Source: an uncultured bacterium
GTDB taxonomy: Bacteria > Krumholzibacteriota > Krumholzibacteriia > JAJRXK01
Assembly (NCBI GenBank): GCA_964593155.1
Contig: CAZQHE010000007.1
Coordinates: forward strand, 1-57,718
DNA length: 57,718 nucleotides
Direction: 5' to 3'
Shown here: positions 22,656 through 32,286 of the stretch, in pieces
Position numbering within the stretch: the first letter of the stretch is position 1
How the letters are laid out: every line of letters starts with the position of its first letter
Made by a program: the position numbers and the translations under genes
The notes under the pieces: generated by a model
Database searches by the model: none
Seen by the model: only the letters and a program-made list of their open reading frames with translations
Told to the model about the DNA's origin: nothing

Positions 22656-23255
22656 ATGCGATCCCGACGAAGCCGGAAGCGTTACGAGCGCACGATCCCC
22701 AAGCCGGAGATCGTCATCGACGAGACCCCGACGCCCACGGTGTCGCTCGAGGACGCGACCCCGTCGCGCGCCCGTGAACGGCCGGCGTACGAGCCCTCCG
22801 CCGAGGACGATGCCGCCGTGGTCGAGGTGACCGAGGACCTCCTCGACGCGGCCGAGATCGACGCCGACATCGAGTTCGTCCACGAGGACTACCAGCGGGT
22901 GTGGATCGAGGTCGATGCGAAGCGAGCGGGCACGCTCATCGGGAAGCGGGGTTCGGGCATCGAGGCGCTCGAGGTGCTGATCAGCCGCATGGCCAGCCAC
23001 AAAGTCGGGCACATGGTGCCCGTGCAGGTCGACGTGAACCAGTACCGCGCGAAGCACGAGGACGAGCTGCGGGAGCTGGCGAAGGAACTGGCGTCGCGTG
23101 TGCTCGAATCCGGCGTCGACGAACACCTTCGGCCGATGAACGCAAGGGATCGACGTGTCGTCCATGTGACGGTGCAGGAGATGGAAGGCCTGGAAACCTA
23201 TTCGCTTGGCGAAGGAAGCGAGAAACACATCGTCATTCACAAAGCCAATAATTGA
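22656..23255 (+). CDS. jag: Jag/EloR-family KH-R3H RNA-binding protein
   Basis: KH GTLIGKRG and R3H PMNARDRRVVH; located after yidC. RBS GGAGAGG; alternative start 22602. Confidence 0.85.
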   Translation: MRSRRSRKRYERTIPKPEIVIDETPTPTVSLEDATPSRARERPAYEPSAEDDAAVVEVTEDLLDAAEIDADIEFVHEDYQRVWIEVDAKRAGTLIGKRGSGIEALEVLISRMASHKVGHMVPVQVDVNQYRAKHEDELRELAKELASRVLESGVDEHLRPMNARDRRVVHVTVQEMEGLETYSLGEGSEKHIVIHKANN

Positions 23256-23274
23256 GAAACACAATAGTTCGAAT

Positions 23275-23934
23275 ATGAAATTAGGCGGAGTGTGGACTGA
23301 GGGCTTGTCTACGGATCTCGTCGCGCAGCTCACGCGGTACGCGGAAGATCTCGTGCGGTTCAACCCGGTCGAGAATCTGGTGTCGCGGGTCGACCCCGAA
23401 CGGGAGATCCGCCGGCTGCTCGAGGAGAGTGCACGGGCCGGCCTGGAGCTGGGATTGGGATCCGGGGATCGGGTGCTCGACGTAGGCTCCGGGGGCGGGT
23501 TTCCGGGGCTCGTGTGGGCCTGCCTGCATCCACAGACCGATTTCGTGCTCGCAGAGCGGCGACGAGCACGGTGCGACTTCCTCGAGCGGGAAGTGCGCCG
23601 GTTGCGCCTGGAGAGGGTGACGGTCTTCGCCGGGGATGTCCGATCGCTGGATGGGGGGACGTTCACACTCGCATCGGCGAAGGCGGTTGCCAATGCGGAC
23701 GAGTTCCTGGCGTGGGTGGAGCCGCGCCTCGGGGCCTCTGCGCGGGTCGTGGTCTTCCAGAGGGTGGGGTGGGCCGGTCCCGGCCGGGAAGGGTGGAGGA
23801 TCGAGCGGGCTTGGCCGGTTCTGGAGGAGGCGGATCGAGCGGACCGTTGGGTGTATGTGGTCATCCGAGACACGCCGAGAACGAACGTTCCACGTGAAAC
23901 CATGTCGAGGGGCCGTCAGTCCGGGGACGGCTGA
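23275..23934 (+). CDS. rsmG: 16S rRNA m7G527 methyltransferase
   Basis: NLVS, VLDVGSGGGFPG, RRARCDFL; located before parA. Confidence 0.88.
   Translation: MKLGGVWTEGLSTDLVAQLTRYAEDLVRFNPVENLVSRVDPEREIRRLLEESARAGLELGLGSGDRVLDVGSGGGFPGLVWACLHPQTDFVLAERRRARCDFLEREVRRLRLERVTVFAGDVRSLDGGTFTLASAKAVANADEFLAWVEPRLGASARVVVFQRVGWAGPGREGWRIERAWPVLEEADRADRWVYVVIRDTPRTNVPRETMSRGRQSGDG
23886..23901. promoter_or_regulatory. parS-like site 1, CGTTCCACGTGAAACC
   Basis: 14/16 match to TGTTNCACGTGAAACA; inside the 3' end of rsmG. Confidence 0.75.
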
Positions 23935-23942
23935 GCGCCTGC

Positions 23943-23958
23943 GGTTTCTCGTGAAACC
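23943..23958. promoter_or_regulatory. parS-like site 2, GGTTTCTCGTGAAACC
   Basis: 13/16 match to consensus, in the extended palindrome GCGGTTTC..GAAACCGC upstream of parA. Confidence 0.6.
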
Positions 23959-24138
23959 GCGAAACGGGCGCTCGAGTTTCCCCCAGCTCAACTCGCTGTC
24001 GTGTCGTCGGTTTCGACTGTTTTCCCCATCTGATCCCCATCCTGGCGCCGCGTGATCGTTGCACGAGCGCCGGGCAACGAGCATTCTGCGCCTACCCTGC
24101 GAATCTCTGCACCGAACCCACCTCGAGACTCCGGAGGC

Positions 24139-24895
<757 letters not shown>

Positions 24896-24921
<26 letters not shown>

Positions 24922-25813
24922 GGGACTCGGAGCCCTCCTGGGCGAAACCGGTGCCGAAACCCGAGACTCCGGAGGCTCCACCAACGGCGAGGGGACGCTG
25001 CTGGGCGATCGCGAGGTGCGCATGATCCGCGTGGCGGATCTGAGCATGAACCCCCACCAACCCCGGAAGAACATCGCCGAAGAGCAGCTGCAGGAGCTGG
25101 CCCAGTCCATCCGGTCCAACGGGGTACTCCAACCGATCCTCGTCCGGCGAACGGACGATGATTACGAACTGATCGCCGGCGAGCGTCGCGTGCGTGCCGC
25201 ACAGATCGCCGGCCTTGACGAGGTCCCGGCCCTGGTCTGCTCGATCGCCGAGGCCGAGAGCATGAAGGTGGCCCTGCTCGAGAACATCCAGCGGGAGGAT
25301 CTGAACGCGATCGAAGAGGCCGAGGCCTACCAAGGGATCATGGAGCACCTGGGGGCGACCCACCAGGAGTTGGCCGACATGCTCGGAAAGAGCCGGAGTG
25401 GGGTGAGCAACATGCTGCGTCTGCTCAACCTCGAACAGACCATCCGGAACCTGGTCGTCGACGGTGATCTGACGATGGGTCATGCCCGGGCCCTGCTCCG
25501 TCTCGACGACGGTTCGCAGAGACTCAAGCTGGCCCGTGCCGTGGCCAAGCAGGGAGTGAGTGTGCGCGCGCTGGAGAAGAAGATCCAGGAGTTGCAATCA
25601 CCGCGATCGGCCCGCGATTCGCACGAGACCGAACGTCCGCCCGATCCCGAGGCCCGAGCCCTGCGCGAGTTCGAGACCCGCCTGTTCCGACATCTCGGGA
25701 GCCCGTGCCAGATCACTCGTCGTGGAAACAAAGGCCGTATCAACATTGAATTCTTCTCGGACGAAGAGTTGGAGCGCATCCTCGAATCCCTGGGCATTTC
25801 CAGCCAGCTGTGA
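24896..25813 (+). CDS. parB: Chromosome partitioning protein ParB/Spo0J
   Basis: ALGRGLGAL, NPHQPRK, GVLQPI, IAGERRVRA, ENIQREDL. Confidence 0.97.
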
Positions 25814-25827
25814 TGCCCCCGGCCCCG

Positions 25828-25856
25828 AAGACACACACAAACGATTGCTGTAAAAT
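25828..25856 (+). promoter_or_regulatory. Possible sigma70 promoter for the M23-bactofilin pair
   Basis: AAGACA-17 nt-TAAAAT in an AT-richer patch. Confidence 0.4.
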
Positions 25857-25997
25857 GGCTTGCGCTGTTACACAGCCCGCCCGCGGGGCGCGGACACCGG
25901 CCTTCTGGGCACCGAGCGCGGCCACTTGTCCCCGCCGTCCCCATCGTTTTCCCCACGCCTTCGGACACACCGACGCCTGGCTGGGGAGGCCGTCGCC

Positions 25998-26822
25998 GTG
26001 AAGTCGTACAGCATCATCATCGTGCCCTCGGACCACAGCGGCACCCGCCAGTACAAGATCAGCCGAGCGCTGCTCCTGCTCCTGGTCGTGATCCTCGCGG
26101 TCCTGGCGATCACCTTCACCGTGTTCGCGGCCACCTACACGTCGGTTCTGTTCGATGCCCGCCGCGCCGAGGCCCTGGAGTCCGAGAACCAGGAACTGCG
26201 CAACCAGGTCGCACGGGTCCAGGAGTTGTCCCGGGAACTGGAAGCGATGGCGGGACTGAGGGCCCAGGTGGTGCGCCTGCTCGGCCAGGACACCCTGGAG
26301 GAGATGCCCGCGGCCGCCGCCGAGATCGACGAGCCCCGCTTCGACCAGCGGGTGCTCGGCGACGTCGAGCAGCTCCAGCAGATCTTCGCCGATGCCTCGC
26401 GGATGCCCTTCGCGCCCCGGCAGTGGCCGGCCGGAGGCGCCGTGCGGCGCGAGTTCATGGCCGAGCCCTCGGGCGCCCTCCCGGCTCATCCCGGGCTCTC
26501 GATCGACGCCACACGCGACGGTCTCGCCCGGGCCGCCGGCCGTGGCCAGGTGATCGAACTCACCTTCGACGAGGACGGTCGCCACAGCGTGGTCCTCGAC
26601 CACGGGTACGGCTTCCGTACCCGCTACGGCAATCTCGATCGCCTGCTGGTGGAGCAGGGGCAGGTGGTCGATCGAGAGCAGCCCCTCGGTGAGATCTTCG
26701 ATCCCGAGGGAACGACGGCCACCGACGAACGTACGAGCCGGTTGATCCCCGGCGCCCTATACTTCCAACTTCTCGTCGACGGCAGCCCCGTCGATCCGAG
26801 AGGATATCTCGACCCGCGCTGA
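25998..26822 (+). CDS. Membrane-anchored M23/LytM-domain protein with degenerate Zn site
   Basis: TM + coiled coil + LytM fold. HPGLS, TRYGNL and GALYFQL replace HxxxD, YxHL and HxH. Confidence 0.8.
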   Translation: MKSYSIIIVPSDHSGTRQYKISRALLLLLVVILAVLAITFTVFAATYTSVLFDARRAEALESENQELRNQVARVQELSRELEAMAGLRAQVVRLLGQDTLEEMPAAAAEIDEPRFDQRVLGDVEQLQQIFADASRMPFAPRQWPAGGAVRREFMAEPSGALPAHPGLSIDATRDGLARAAGRGQVIELTFDEDGRHSVVLDHGYGFRTRYGNLDRLLVEQGQVVDREQPLGEIFDPEGTTATDERTSRLIPGALYFQLLVDGSPVDPRGYLDPR

Positions 26823-26870
26823 GCCCCACGAACCGGCAACCAGCGCTCACCTCGGAAGGACGGACCGAAC

Positions 26871-27302
26871 ATGTTCGGGAAGGAACAGGAAACCATGAAC
26901 CCGACTCCGAGCGGCGATGCCCGCGGAACCTCGATCCTGGCGCAGGGATGCTCCTTCAAGGGCGAAGTCGAGATCCAGGGCGTCTTCCGTGTGGAGGGGG
27001 AGTTCGAGGGCACGATCCGCACGCCCGAGCAGCTCGTCGTCGGCAAGACCGGCGTCGTGAAGGGCGACATCTACGTGAAGACGGCGGTCGTCGGCGGCAA
27101 GATCCTCGGGAACATCCACGCCGAGACGAAGATCGAGCTCCAGAACGGTAGCCACGTCGAGGGTGACATCCGGACCCGTCGCCTGGTGATCGACGAGGGC
27201 GTGTTCTTCGAGGGAAGCTGCTCGATGGGTCAGGACAAGGGACTCGACCGGCGCCTGGTCCCGACGCTGGAGTCGATGGGCAAGCTGGCCCCGGCCTCCT
27301 GA
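26871..27302 (+). CDS. Bactofilin (polymer-forming cytoskeletal protein)
   Basis: SILAQGCSFKGEV...RVEGEFEGTI...LVVGKTGVVKGDI...IDEGVFFEGSCSM. Confidence 0.92.
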   Translation: MFGKEQETMNPTPSGDARGTSILAQGCSFKGEVEIQGVFRVEGEFEGTIRTPEQLVVGKTGVVKGDIYVKTAVVGGKILGNIHAETKIELQNGSHVEGDIRTRRLVIDEGVFFEGSCSMGQDKGLDRRLVPTLESMGKLAPAS

Positions 27303-27335
27303 GTCCGGACCGACATCGCGACCGGACATGTGGAC

Positions 27336-27361
27336 GCGGGTCCCTCGGGCGTGGGACCCGC
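27336..27361 (+). terminator. Stem-loop after the bactofilin gene
   Basis: GCGGGTCCC-8 nt-GGGACCCGC followed by TTCTC. Confidence 0.5.
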
Positions 27362-27532
27362 TTCTCGTGACCGGCATCTTCTCAACGGCTGCGGACCTGA
27401 ACCCCATATTCCGTCCACGGTGCCTCTCTCTGCCGGCCGGAAGGCCACGTCGTACCCCCGCGGCCTTCGTGCGTCGAGTGATCGGTGCGTTCTACTCCCT
27501 CACGACCTTCCCTCGGGCTCGAAGTCGGATCT

Positions 27533-28309
27533 CTAGACGTCCAGGTCGAACTCGTCGCTGGACACGCGCACGGCGTCGCCCTCGCGCCGGCACGCTTCGT
27601 GGAACTGTCGGACCATCGGCGCCCACGGATGCTCGTCGTCGAGCTGCAGGGCGTCGAGCATGCGGGCCGCGTCCTCGGCCGCACCGAGGTCGGCGTAGGC
27701 CACCGCCGCCAGCAGGACGACCGTTCCGTCGTCCGGATGGCGATCGCGCAGCGGCGCCAGCTGCAGGAGCGCACCGAGCGGATCGTTCTGCTGTACCCGG
27801 AGGTGGGCCAGCAACAGCCGCGCCGGATCGTTCTCGGGATCGAGTCCGATGAGCGTCTCGATCTCGTCGGCGAGCTGCAGCGGCGGAACCCCGTGTTCGA
27901 GTTCGGCCGAGATCTCGCGCGCCAGCACCGCGACCCGGTGCGACAGCCCAGACACCACACCTGCCGCACCGGACACCACCACGACGGCCAGGACCGTCGG
28001 CCAGGTCCAGTGGACCCCGGCGACGATCAGGACCAGGGGAACGATGGTGGCAAGGGGCACCAGCCAGGTGAGGTGGCGCACGGGGTCACGGCGATCGAGC
28101 GACCACGACCGCAGGCGGTGCGCCGTCTCGGTCAGCAAAGCGCACACGCCTTTCGCGGCGGCCTCCATGGAAGGCGCGGCGAACGGCAGGGGGGTTTCGT
28201 GGACCTCCGAACGCGTGAACGGATCGGGGAGATCCGCCTTCCTCGGGGCCCGGACCCGCGGTCCGGCCTCGGCGAGGAGCGTGGCGTTTCGATCACTGCG
28301 CTGCGTCAT
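27533..28309 (-). CDS. Hypothetical membrane protein (2 TM + TPR-like helices)
   Basis: Two hydrophobic segments, then DPENDPARLLLAHL/HPDDGTVVLLAAVAY TPR-like repeats. Confidence 0.6.
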   Translation of the reverse strand: MTQRSDRNATLLAEAGPRVRAPRKADLPDPFTRSEVHETPLPFAAPSMEAAAKGVCALLTETAHRLRSWSLDRRDPVRHLTWLVPLATIVPLVLIVAGVHWTWPTVLAVVVVSGAAGVVSGLSHRVAVLAREISAELEHGVPPLQLADEIETLIGLDPENDPARLLLAHLRVQQNDPLGALLQLAPLRDRHPDDGTVVLLAAVAYADLGAAEDAARMLDALQLDDEHPWAPMVRQFHEACRREGDAVRVSSDEFDLDV

Positions 28310-28610
28310 GACGGCCTCTCGCCGCTCGCCCACGGGGTGTGCCTCCGTGGAGCCGTCTCCGCGGACCCGTGGGGCATGGGTTCCGCGATCGTGGCTCCCG
28401 ATCAAACCTCTCCGCAGCTCATGATGTCGTATGAGGAAGCTGCACTCCCCCTACGGAGATGGCAAGCCCCGAGTGAACAAAAGAAGAAGAACATCACAAG
28501 AAATCATCATTCGTACGGACGGAGTCCGGACCAGCTCGTCCGCCTTCGACAGATGCAAAGCCGGCGGGCTCGGGCTACAATGCGCTCCACGACCGCCCGC
28601 CGAGGAACGC

Positions 28611-29495
28611 ATGACCGCCACCGCCGATCCCGCCACCGAAGCCGATCGGAAGGGTCTCCGGGTTAGGCCGGCGCACCCGGAGGACGCCGACGCCGTCGCC
28701 GCGCTGGTGACGACGCCGCGGGACCTCGCGCAGGTCTCTCCCGACGAGTCGTTCCCGCTCACGCCCGAGACCGTTCGCCACTGGATCGACCAGCGGAGGT
28801 CTGGCTACGTGCTCGAGCAGCGGGGACGCGTGGTCGGCTACGCGGAGCTGGTCGACGACGGCCGCGCGAGCGACCGGATCTGGATCGGTCACATGATGGT
28901 GCAGCCCTCGCAGCGGGGTCTGGGACTCGGCCGGACCCTCGTCCGGGCTCTCCAGGCGGTTGCCGAGCGCGAGAAGGACGCCCGCGAGGTCGCCATCAGT
29001 GCCTTCGCCGACAACGTGCGGGCTCTGCAGTGTTACCGGGGATGCGGATTCCGCGACCGGGGCACCCATCGGGTGCGCGACCGCGACCTGGTCGAGCTGC
29101 GCTATCTCGTGCCCGGGCGCCGGGCCCTGGTCCCGCTGCCGGCGGCCATCGGATCGGGGCTGGTGGTCGTCGCCCTGGTCCTGGCCCTGGCTGGTGCGCA
29201 GGCGTGGCGCCCCGTCCTGGCGGTCCCGGTGGCGAGCCTGTCCGGGCTCGCTGCCTGGGCTCTGCACGTGCTGCTCCCGTTGCACCGTGACCGTGGCCCG
29301 CGGCGATGGGCCCGGATCCTCGCGTACACCACCGCCGTGGGCGCCGCGGCGACGGCCGTCGCGGCTGTCCTGGCGCTGGCGGTCGAGGTGGATCTGGTCC
29401 GGGTCGTCGTCCTGGCCGCGGTCGGCGCCGGAGGCTGGGCGCTGGCGCTCGTCGGCCACGTCACGTGGCTCGACCGCCGCCGGGGTCGCACCTGA
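28611..29495 (+). CDS. GNAT acetyltransferase fused to a C-terminal multi-TM domain
   Basis: MVQPSQRGLGLGRTLV (motif A), NVRALQCYRGCGF, then about 4 hydrophobic helices. GAGGA RBS. Confidence 0.75.
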   Translation: MTATADPATEADRKGLRVRPAHPEDADAVAALVTTPRDLAQVSPDESFPLTPETVRHWIDQRRSGYVLEQRGRVVGYAELVDDGRASDRIWIGHMMVQPSQRGLGLGRTLVRALQAVAEREKDAREVAISAFADNVRALQCYRGCGFRDRGTHRVRDRDLVELRYLVPGRRALVPLPAAIGSGLVVVALVLALAGAQAWRPVLAVPVASLSGLAAWALHVLLPLHRDRGPRRWARILAYTTAVGAAATAVAAVLALAVEVDLVRVVVLAAVGAGGWALALVGHVTWLDRRRGRT

Positions 29496-29507
29496 TCCGC
29501 AGCCGAC

Positions 29508-30329
29508 TCAGGAGCGGGCGCTGCGTGCCACGCGGTCCCCGGTGTTCGCCCCTGCGCGCCCACGCGACCGCGCCGGGGTCTTGCTCCGGCGCTTCTTCTG
29601 CGTCTTCGGGACCCGCAGCAGCTTCTGGAAGTCCTCGCTCGGATCACTCGTGAAGACGTACAGCGGATAGAGCCGGGTGAAGCTCTCGTGGACCTCGCTC
29701 ACGAAGGATCCCGGCGTGAGCCGCGAACTCTCGGTGTGGATGTGTCGTCGCGCGACCCAGCCGAGGGTGTTCCCCCACTCCGAGGGCAGGGGCGGGAACG
29801 CATCGACCTCGCGCATCCCGAGGCGGCCGGCCGCCCGCACGTAGCGGTGGAAGTCGAAGCCCCGACGCAGGTAGTTCGCCTTGATGTAGTCGTCGAGCAG
29901 GCCCAGGTGCTGCGGTAGCCGCGGCTTGAAGACCCGGCGCATCCGCGACTGGGGGTCGCCGAAGTCGTAGATGGAGAACCCGATCGTAACCCCTTGTGCC
30001 GAAACGCCGACGAACAGGTTGCCGTCGACCAGACGGCGGACGCCCTGGTCCCAGAAGAAAGCGTAGAAGCTCGTCTTGATCGGTGGAGTCCCGGGAGGAG
30101 TCCGGGGCCCGCGCCGCATCTCGGAGAAGTGCGCGTCGGGGTCTTCGCTCACGAGCGCGGGATTCAGGGCCGCCAGGTCCTCGCGCAGCGACTCCACCAG
30201 CCCCCGCATGGGATCGAGGACGAACTCCTCGAACGCGGGTTGGTGCGCGTCGAACCACTCGGTCGAATTGTTGGCGGCCAGATCCTCGAAGAATCGGAAG
30301 GTCTCCGCCCGAAATCCAGTGAACTCCAT
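29508..30329 (-). CDS. DUF2461-family protein
   Basis: FRFFEDLAANNSTEWFDAH...FEEFV is the family N-terminal pattern. Start moved to ATG 30329. Confidence 0.7.
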   Translation of the reverse strand: MEFTGFRAETFRFFEDLAANNSTEWFDAHQPAFEEFVLDPMRGLVESLREDLAALNPALVSEDPDAHFSEMRRGPRTPPGTPPIKTSFYAFFWDQGVRRLVDGNLFVGVSAQGVTIGFSIYDFGDPQSRMRRVFKPRLPQHLGLLDDYIKANYLRRGFDFHRYVRAAGRLGMREVDAFPPLPSEWGNTLGWVARRHIHTESSRLTPGSFVSEVHESFTRLYPLYVFTSDPSEDFQKLLRVPKTQKKRRSKTPARSRGRAGANTGDRVARSARS

Positions 30330-30679
30330 GATCGTCCGGCTCCTCGGCCCGGCTGTGTTCTCTGCCCTGTCTCGTACGAGGAGGCGAACGAGTCCGCTGG
30401 ACCGCTTGGACCCCGCCCCCCCACGGGCGTGGGGAATGGCCAGTTCTACGATTCGGCTGGATCCACGTTCCGCACAAAAGTAGCACAGGCGCGGCAGGGC
30501 GGCAGCGACCGGGCGCGACCAGAGGATCGGCCCCGAGGGGCGAAGAAAGGGTAAATCCCCGTAAATACGGAACTTGTGCCAACGATGAGCCGCGCACGCA
30601 AAACCGGATCCACGGGTTGGGAAACAGGGTCCCGGACGGGGCCGTCGGGGCGGACGAGCCGCGAGAGCCGGACCCGGGA

Positions 30680-31027
30680 TCAGCCCGGCGGCCAGCGCAG
30701 CCGGCGCCCACCGAGCACGTGGACGTGCAGATGGTCGACCTCTTGACCCCCGTTGCTGCCCGCGTTCACGACCAGCCGGTAGCCGTCGTCGGCGAGTCCC
30801 TCGTCGCGGGCGACCTTCCGGGCCACCAGCATCAGGTGGCCCAGCAGGTCGCGGTGTTCGTCCTCGGCGGACTGGATGCCCGGTAGGGGTTCGACGGGGA
30901 TCACCAGCAGGTGGACCGGAGCCTGCGGATCGATGTCGCGGATCACGACGCACGATTCGTCCCGGTGGACGAAGTCGCCGGGGATCTCGCCGTCGATGAT
31001 CTTCGAGAACAGTGTCTTCTCGCTCAT
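30680..31027 (-). CDS. Histidine triad nucleotide-binding protein (HinT)
   Basis: LFSKII, DIDPQAPVH.LVIP, GQEVDHLHVHVLGGR (HxHxH). Confidence 0.95.
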   Translation of the reverse strand: MSEKTLFSKIIDGEIPGDFVHRDESCVVIRDIDPQAPVHLLVIPVEPLPGIQSAEDEHRDLLGHLMLVARKVARDEGLADDGYRLVVNAGSNGGQEVDHLHVHVLGGRRLRWPPG

Positions 31028-31041
31028 GGATCCCTCGCGGT

Positions 31042-31194
31042 TCAGGCGAGTCCGGCCGAGATCACCACTCCGATCACGGCCAGGGCCAGCAGGGCCCAGG
31101 ACAGGGCGCGGTACACGTCGAGCTCCTCGCGTTGGAGTGACGCGGGCGGCGTCCCCCGCGTCTCGGGAGCCGTGTTCCCGGACCGCCGATGCAC
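31042..31194 (-). CDS. Putative 50-aa single-TM small protein (not in the ORF track)
   Basis: Hand-translated VHRRSG...EELDVYRALSWALLALAVIGVVISAGLA; fills the bioB-hinT gap; no well-placed RBS. Confidence 0.35.
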   Translation of the reverse strand: MHRRSGNTAPETRGTPPASLQREELDVYRALSWALLALAVIGVVISAGLA

Positions 31195-31266
31195 GCGCCG
31201 ATCCGGGGCGGAAACCCTACTCCTCCGCGCCGTGCCTGGAAACCCCGTGCGGCCCCTCCGGCGGGA

Positions 31267-32286
31267 TCAGGGGGTTTCCCACTCGAAGCCGAGGTCCTCG
31301 ACCATCTGCTCGTCCAGGTCCGGTGCCTGTCCGGGCTCGGTGAGGTAGTCGGCCAGGAACATCGCGTTGGCCGCGTACAGGGCCATGGGTTGCATGTGTC
31401 GCAGATGGACCTCGCGACCGGCCGACACGCGGATCTCCTTGGCGGGGTTCACGAAGCGGTACATGCAGAGCACCTTGAGGCAGTAGCGCGGGTCGAGCCT
31501 CTCGAGCGGCTGCTCGGCCAGTGGCGTCCCCTCGATCGCGATCAGGAAGTTCACGGGGATCGAGTCGACGTCGAGGTCGCGCAGGGCGTAGGCGCTCTCG
31601 ACCACCTGGTCGCGCGTCTCGCCCATGCCGATGATCACGCCGCTGCACGGAGAGATCCCCGCCTTCTTGCTCGACTCCACGGTGGCCAGACGATCGGCGT
31701 AGGAGTGCGTCGAACAGATGTCCTCGTAGTGGGTCTCGGCCGTGTTCAGGTTGTGGTTGTACCGATCGGCGCCGGCGGCGGCCAGGCGTTCGGCCTGTCC
31801 GTCCTCCAGGATGCCCAGACACGCGCACAGCTTCATGTCGGGGTGCCGCTGACGGATCTCCTGGATCGCACCGGCCACGTGGTCGACCTCGCGATCACTC
31901 GGCCCCTTGGCGCTGATCACGATGCAACACGTTCCCGCGTGCATCTTCGCCGCGTGGTCGGCCTTCTCGACGATCTGCTCCTGCGACATCAGCCGGTACT
32001 GATGGATCTCGGCCGTCGAGTCCTTGCTCTGCGAGCAGTAGGTGCAGTCCTCCGGGCACAGGCCGCTCTTGGCGTTCACCAGGTAGTTCAGCTTGACCTT
32101 GTTGCCGTAGTGGTGGTGGCGGATGCGATACGCCGCGGCCAACAGGTCGAGCAGCTCGACGTCGGGGGCGTCGAGGATCGACCGGGCCTCGTCCGGTTCG
32201 ATCGTGTGGCCCGCGAGCACGCGGTCGGCCAGGGCGGCCCACTTCGAGGTCGTCGGCGCGGCGGCCGCGGAGGTCGGAGGGTTCAT
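31267..32286 (-). CDS. bioB: Biotin synthase
   Basis: NAKSGLCPEDCTYCSQS (CxxxCxxC), YNHNLNT, CSGVIIGMGE, SIPVNFL. ATGA overlap with bioD. Confidence 0.97.
   Translation of the reverse strand: MNPPTSAAAAPTTSKWAALADRVLAGHTIEPDEARSILDAPDVELLDLLAAAYRIRHHHYGNKVKLNYLVNAKSGLCPEDCTYCSQSKDSTAEIHQYRLMSQEQIVEKADHAAKMHAGTCCIVISAKGPSDREVDHVAGAIQEIRQRHPDMKLCACLGILEDGQAERLAAAGADRYNHNLNTAETHYEDICSTHSYADRLATVESSKKAGISPCSGVIIGMGETRDQVVESAYALRDLDVDSIPVNFLIAIEGTPLAEQPLERLDPRYCLKVLCMYRFVNPAKEIRVSAGREVHLRHMQPMALYAANAMFLADYLTEPGQAPDLDEQMVEDLGFEWETP

Noticed and set aside
27390-27440. Glycine-riboswitch or SRP-like words (GAGAGAGGCACCG...TTCAGGT; CAGGTCCG)
   Set aside because: The core GAAG/GGAAGGAAG motifs are missing and the site is between convergent genes. 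Kept only as a generic ncRNA candidate.
30570-30592. Sigma54-like TTGGCACA on the minus strand upstream of the DUF2461 gene
   Set aside because: Good -24 element, but the -12 position reads CCGT rather than TTGC.
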